Positions 60,514 to 64,000 of a stretch of DNA of 64,000 bases are shown in pieces. The notes beneath the pieces were generated by a model, which was not told the origin of the DNA, ran no database searches, and worked only from the letters and a program-made list of their open reading frames with translations. Every line of letters starts with the position of its first letter. The first letter of the stretch is position 1. Position numbers and translations under genes: made by a program. The DNA is from a virus, in IMG/VR virus record IMGVR_UViG_3300020578_000037, positions 1-64,000 of that record; one strand, 5' to 3'.

Positions 60514-61365
60514 TTATAAGTCTTTTAACAGCTCATTAATAGATTCATCATCTTCCTTAGAAACAGGCTTAGCTAGTTTCTTAGCTACTACGGGAACTGG
60601 AGCAGCTGTATTAACAGTTGCTTGTGTACTCTCAATAACATCGCTCTCTTCTTCCTTAGTACCGAAATAATGAACGTCAAGAATAGACTTCAATTCATCA
60701 TAACTCTTTACCGTGACATAGGATTCTAAATCAAACGCTGAATTATAAATTTGCTTATGCGAATCGTCGTCAAGACCTTCGATCTCTTTAGGAGTAGAAA
60801 ACTTAGATGAGACGTATGTAGGGTATTCTCCCTGCTTTTCTACTTTAATCTTTAGATTACATCCCTTAGCGGATAAATCAAAAATGCGAGGACCGAGTTC
60901 AGAAGCTTCCTCACCTTCAATAGCATCCATAATAATCTTATGAAGCTGGCGACCAAACCTTAATACCTTTACTTTTCCGTTATTATCAGAATTAACAGGG
61001 TCATTAACTACATAAACATTTACTAACCAATTTTCGCGTCTGCGAATGGCTAATGCCTTTTCTTTTTCCTTTTCAGTACCATTTCTTAGGATTCTATATC
61101 TTTCTTCAGCAATAGGGTCGCGCTGATTCCAAGTAGTCGGGCTTACTGCAGTAACTAGCTGCCCAGTAGTAAAACTATTCCAGCCATAGGAATAATAATG
61201 AAAAAATGTCTTCGAAGGGTCTTTTACGTTAGGTAAAAGGCGTACTGTATAGGTGTTTCCAACATCACACTTTAAATAATCCTTAATTTTAGAATTTGTA
61301 GATTCATTGCTCTTAGTCAAAGCTCCTTTAATACTTTCAAACATCGACGTGGTAAATGTACTCAT
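60514..61365 (-). CDS. gp32: Single-stranded DNA-binding protein (T4 gp32-like)
   Basis: VRLLP, NVYVVNDP..NNGKVKV..FG..I, IFDL..GCNLKIK, YPTYVSSKF, acidic tail. Confidence 0.88.
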   Translation of the reverse strand: MSTFTTSMFESIKGALTKSNESTNSKIKDYLKCDVGNTYTVRLLPNVKDPSKTFFHYYSYGWNSFTTGQLVTAVSPTTWNQRDPIAEERYRILRNGTEKEKEKALAIRRRENWLVNVYVVNDPVNSDNNGKVKVLRFGRQLHKIIMDAIEGEEASELGPRIFDLSAKGCNLKIKVEKQGEYPTYVSSKFSTPKEIEGLDDDSHKQIYNSAFDLESYVTVKSYDELKSILDVHYFGTKEEESDVIESTQATVNTAAPVPVVAKKLAKPVSKEDDESINELLKDL

Positions 61366-61371
61366 AATTTA

Positions 61372-61399
61372 ATAATAAATTATATTATAAAAAAATCAA
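61372..61399 (-). promoter_or_regulatory. Sigma70-like promoter TTGATT-N16-TATTAT, 6 nt before SSB ATG
   Basis: Direct reading of the sequence. Confidence 0.65.
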
Positions 61400-62034
61400 G
61401 AACAATTTATTATTTTTTTTAAGCCAAGTGTGACTAAATTAATAGCTTTTTTTGAATTAAAGAGCTTTGTCTTAAAAGTAGATATATTATTATATGTATC
61501 TTCTCCTAAAATAAACTTTATAACCTGTGGGTCTCTTAGCTTAATATTTTTTTCAAAATCATTAAATCCTAGTAAAGCAAAAAGATTGACTTTATGTTCT
61601 TTTAAATGCAAAATAAAAGAGTACTCATTATTAGTTTTATGAGAAATATAATTTGATGGTGAAATATTATGTTGTTTGCAGAAATTGTATATGTACTTTA
61701 AGCTGTTTTTAATATTTAAAAGCTGCTCATCGCTATCAGGATCTAAACTTTCTCTTTTTTTCATGTAGAGGGTATAGGCTTTTGTTGCCTTTAAAGATGT
61801 ATAATAGTCTAAAGGAAAATAAGACTCGTCAGGGTATATTTCGTAAGGTGCTCTGAAATAATCCTCCTGATTAATATAATTAAATTTTGTAAAAAAAAGC
61901 TTTAGTTTTTTAACTAGTATAAATTTATTTTCATCAAACTTATCAAAATTCTTTCTAAAACGAAAAGGTTGTTTATTAGCAATCTTAGATATTTTTAAGA
62001 AATTATTATAAATCTGCTTCTCTGAAAACGTCAT
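61396..62034 (-). CDS. Basic helical protein, possibly helicase loader (gp59-like)
   Basis: 212 aa, Lys/aromatic-rich, immediately upstream of gp32 as in T4; weak recognition. Confidence 0.4.
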   Translation of the reverse strand: MTFSEKQIYNNFLKISKIANKQPFRFRKNFDKFDENKFILVKKLKLFFTKFNYINQEDYFRAPYEIYPDESYFPLDYYTSLKATKAYTLYMKKRESLDPDSDEQLLNIKNSLKYIYNFCKQHNISPSNYISHKTNNEYSFILHLKEHKVNLFALLGFNDFEKNIKLRDPQVIKFILGEDTYNNISTFKTKLFNSKKAINLVTLGLKKIINCS

Positions 62035-62250
62035 TCAATAATTGTAGTACTTCCACTTAAATTTTGCAAGCTCTTTTTTAACCTTTTTAAGTACGCTAGG
62101 CTTATAAAAACATCTTTTTAATTTTAACTGCTCTATAACACCCGATTGCATAAATTCTCTATTAAACTTATTATACATTTTTTCAAAATAAGCTTTGTCA
62201 GTGCTCTTCTTGGTGTTTAATTTAACTTCTGCGTGTACTATATAACTCAT
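62035..62250 (-). CDS. rpsU: Ribosomal protein bS21 homologue
   Basis: FEKMYNKFNREFMQSGVIEQLKLKRCFYKPSVLKKVKK matches the bS21 pattern F..AL.RFKR....G...E.R.R..YEKP...RK; 71 aa, basic. Confidence 0.75.
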   Translation of the reverse strand: MSYIVHAEVKLNTKKSTDKAYFEKMYNKFNREFMQSGVIEQLKLKRCFYKPSVLKKVKKELAKFKWKYYNY

Positions 62251-62542
62251 AAGATTTATTTTTCTTTTTTGCGTTGTTTAAATATTTCATTACATATTTA
62301 CTTTTATATAAGCTAGAATCAAATTGTAAAAAGAATTTTACAGCTGTAAAATCATTTTTTAAATCACAATATAAAGTAAAAAGATCTCTTACTACTTGGT
62401 CTTTTAAAATGCATATAAACACATTAGCTAAATTAAGCTTTTTTGTGTGTATAAGTGTTACAAAAGAGCAAAAAGATAGAAATAGATGTGTAAGCTCGTA
62501 ATCTGTAATATGTTCTGAGGGATCAAAGCCTTTCACAATCAA
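62222..62542 (-). CDS. Hypothetical protein
   Basis: 106-aa ORF between helicase and bS21. Confidence 0.55.
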   Translation of the reverse strand: MIVKGFDPSEHITDYELTHLFLSFCSFVTLIHTKKLNLANVFICILKDQVVRDLFTLYCDLKNDFTAVKFFLQFDSSLYKSKYVMKYLNNAKKKNKSYELYSTRRS

Positions 62543-62577
62543 TCTTAATTATTGACTATTTATTATAAATCCATCTA

Positions 62578-63900
62578 TTACAACGATAATTTAGTTAATG
62601 TGTTTATTGACGATGCGCTCCCTTCTGTATCATTAATATGTTCATCCTCAGTAATGGTTAATGTAGAGTAATCTATTCGCATAGAACAGTGTCCAAAGTT
62701 AGGTCCAAACCGGTTTTTCATAAGTCCCATCTTTATAACTCCTAGTTCTTTATCAGTATCTTCTTGCCAAATACTTAATATTACGTCGCCTGTCATAGCA
62801 AGCCCTATACTTTCTGAAATTGTCTTAAGACCGGGGTCAGATATTTCATATCCATCTCTGTTCAACTGTGTCGCAGATACTACAGGACAGTTAAATTGAT
62901 AGGATAAAGCTCTGAGTTGTTCTGTACATATCTTAATTCTCTCATAACTAGTATCCCCTACAGTAGATAGAAGCAGGTTAACGTAATCTAGTACAATAGC
63001 GTCAATCTTAATGCCTTTTTGTGTAAGTTTTTTTATGAAAGCTTTAAGATTATTTACAGTAATTGATGCAGGAGGAAATTCTTTAATAATTATTTTTGAT
63101 GTGGGGTTCTCTACACAGTATTCAGATATCTGACTTTGTAACGTGCTTGATTCTATCTTGAGCTGGCTTAATGGAATCTTTGAAACACTAGAGCATAGTC
63201 TCTTTGCATATATCATTTCTGGCATTTCTAGAGAGACGAGAAGAACAGTCTTGCCTTGACTTGCTAAATTTATGGCAACGTTTCCTAAAAAGATACTTTT
63301 ACCTATGTTTGTCTCTCCTGCAAACAAATACAATGATCTTCCATTTTCTAAAAGCCCGCCGCCGATTTTATCATCAAGCCATTTCCATTTCGTTGGTATA
63401 TATTTTTCAGTGGTGTTTAAATCATCAACAATCTTATCAATATCTACAAATAAATCTAAACCAATGTCTGTTGCTAAGGAAATATTACAAGCTTTTTCAA
63501 ATTTAGTTAAAATTTTAGATGTATCTACTGAATTTTTATTAATGTCATCCACCACATCCATCATGGTATGATAAACGGCTTTCTCTTTTAAAAACACTTC
63601 TGTGTTTGTAGAGAGTTCATCATTATTCAGATTTTTATCTATTCCTGCAAACAAACTGACAACATTTTTTAAAGATGTCTTGAGTTCATCAGTAACTAAG
63701 TATGATTTTATTTCAGTTATAGTTGGCTTTGTACTTCTCTTTTCGTAAAAGTCGCTAATAATTTGAAAAATGGCTTTAATATCATTATTTTTAAAATATA
63801 TAGGTTTAATGTAATCAACAACAGAAGCTAGATATGTTTCATCTGTAAGACTCTTGTACGCTATTACTGTCTCAAAATAATCTAAATCTAATTTCCCCAT
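62578..63900 (-). CDS. gp41: Replicative DNA helicase (T4 gp41/DnaB-like)
   Basis: AGETNIGKS, VSLEM, IIKEFPP, VLDYVNLL, SATQLNR, ISESIG, MKNRFG. Confidence 0.95.
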   Translation of the reverse strand: MGKLDLDYFETVIAYKSLTDETYLASVVDYIKPIYFKNNDIKAIFQIISDFYEKRSTKPTITEIKSYLVTDELKTSLKNVVSLFAGIDKNLNNDELSTNTEVFLKEKAVYHTMMDVVDDINKNSVDTSKILTKFEKACNISLATDIGLDLFVDIDKIVDDLNTTEKYIPTKWKWLDDKIGGGLLENGRSLYLFAGETNIGKSIFLGNVAINLASQGKTVLLVSLEMPEMIYAKRLCSSVSKIPLSQLKIESSTLQSQISEYCVENPTSKIIIKEFPPASITVNNLKAFIKKLTQKGIKIDAIVLDYVNLLLSTVGDTSYERIKICTEQLRALSYQFNCPVVSATQLNRDGYEISDPGLKTISESIGLAMTGDVILSIWQEDTDKELGVIKMGLMKNRFGPNFGHCSMRIDYSTLTITEDEHINDTEGSASSINTLTKLSL

Positions 63901-63921
63901 AATCCCATTATATATACAGTT

Positions 63922-64000
63922 TTACTTGTTACTACTGTATTCTGATAAAAATTTTTCTTGACTAGCTACAAATCTTTCATCATTCACGTCAAGGAGACCA
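63922..64000 (-). CDS. 3' end of a gene continuing beyond the window
   Basis: Open frame GLLDVNDERFVASQEKFLSEYSSNK-stop. Confidence 0.4.
   Translation of the reverse strand, partial: GLLDVNDERFVASQEKFLSEYSSNK

Noticed and set aside
50251-63900. Introns, inteins or homing endonucleases in terminase, primase or helicase
   Set aside because: Normal lengths, uninterrupted motifs, and no HNH/GIY-YIG/LAGLIDADG pattern seen
1-64000. Alternative genetic code (stop reassignment)
   Set aside because: Core genes are full length and coding density is high under the standard code; TAA, TAG and TGA all terminate genes
1-64000. tRNA or structured ncRNA genes
   Set aside because: Intergenic gaps are under ~80 bp and AT-rich; no cloverleaf motifs seen by eye

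Overview
AT-rich (~30% GC by eye), densely coding segment of a large T4-like myophage genome, mostly on the minus strand and read with the standard code. 1-31 kb: accessory virion/fibre genes, including four proteins with long Thr/Pro (mucin-like) stalks and a 1408-aa protein with five phycobiliprotein-like 'C-x-R-D' repeats. A four-gene glycosylation operon (GT60-like polypeptide GlcNAc-transferase, HtrL-like protein, O-carbamoyltransferase, FkbM/HtrL/GT-A fusion) sits among them. 31-54 kb: baseplate (gp6, gp25, gp53, hub), tape measure, tail tube, sheath, terminase and neck genes, interrupted by clamp loader and dUTPase. 54-64 kb: replication genes (primase, sliding clamp, SSB, helicase), an NDP-sugar epimerase/reductase and a ribosomal protein bS21 homologue. 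Three main candidates for new biology. (1) A phage-encoded mucin-type O-glycosylation system for its own virion stalks. (2) An apparently leaderless expression programme: two promoter-like motifs sit 5-7 nt before start codons with no Shine-Dalgarno sequence, alongside phage bS21. (3) Phycobiliprotein/globin-like repeats in a virion protein. All product calls come from motif recognition by eye; no searches were run.
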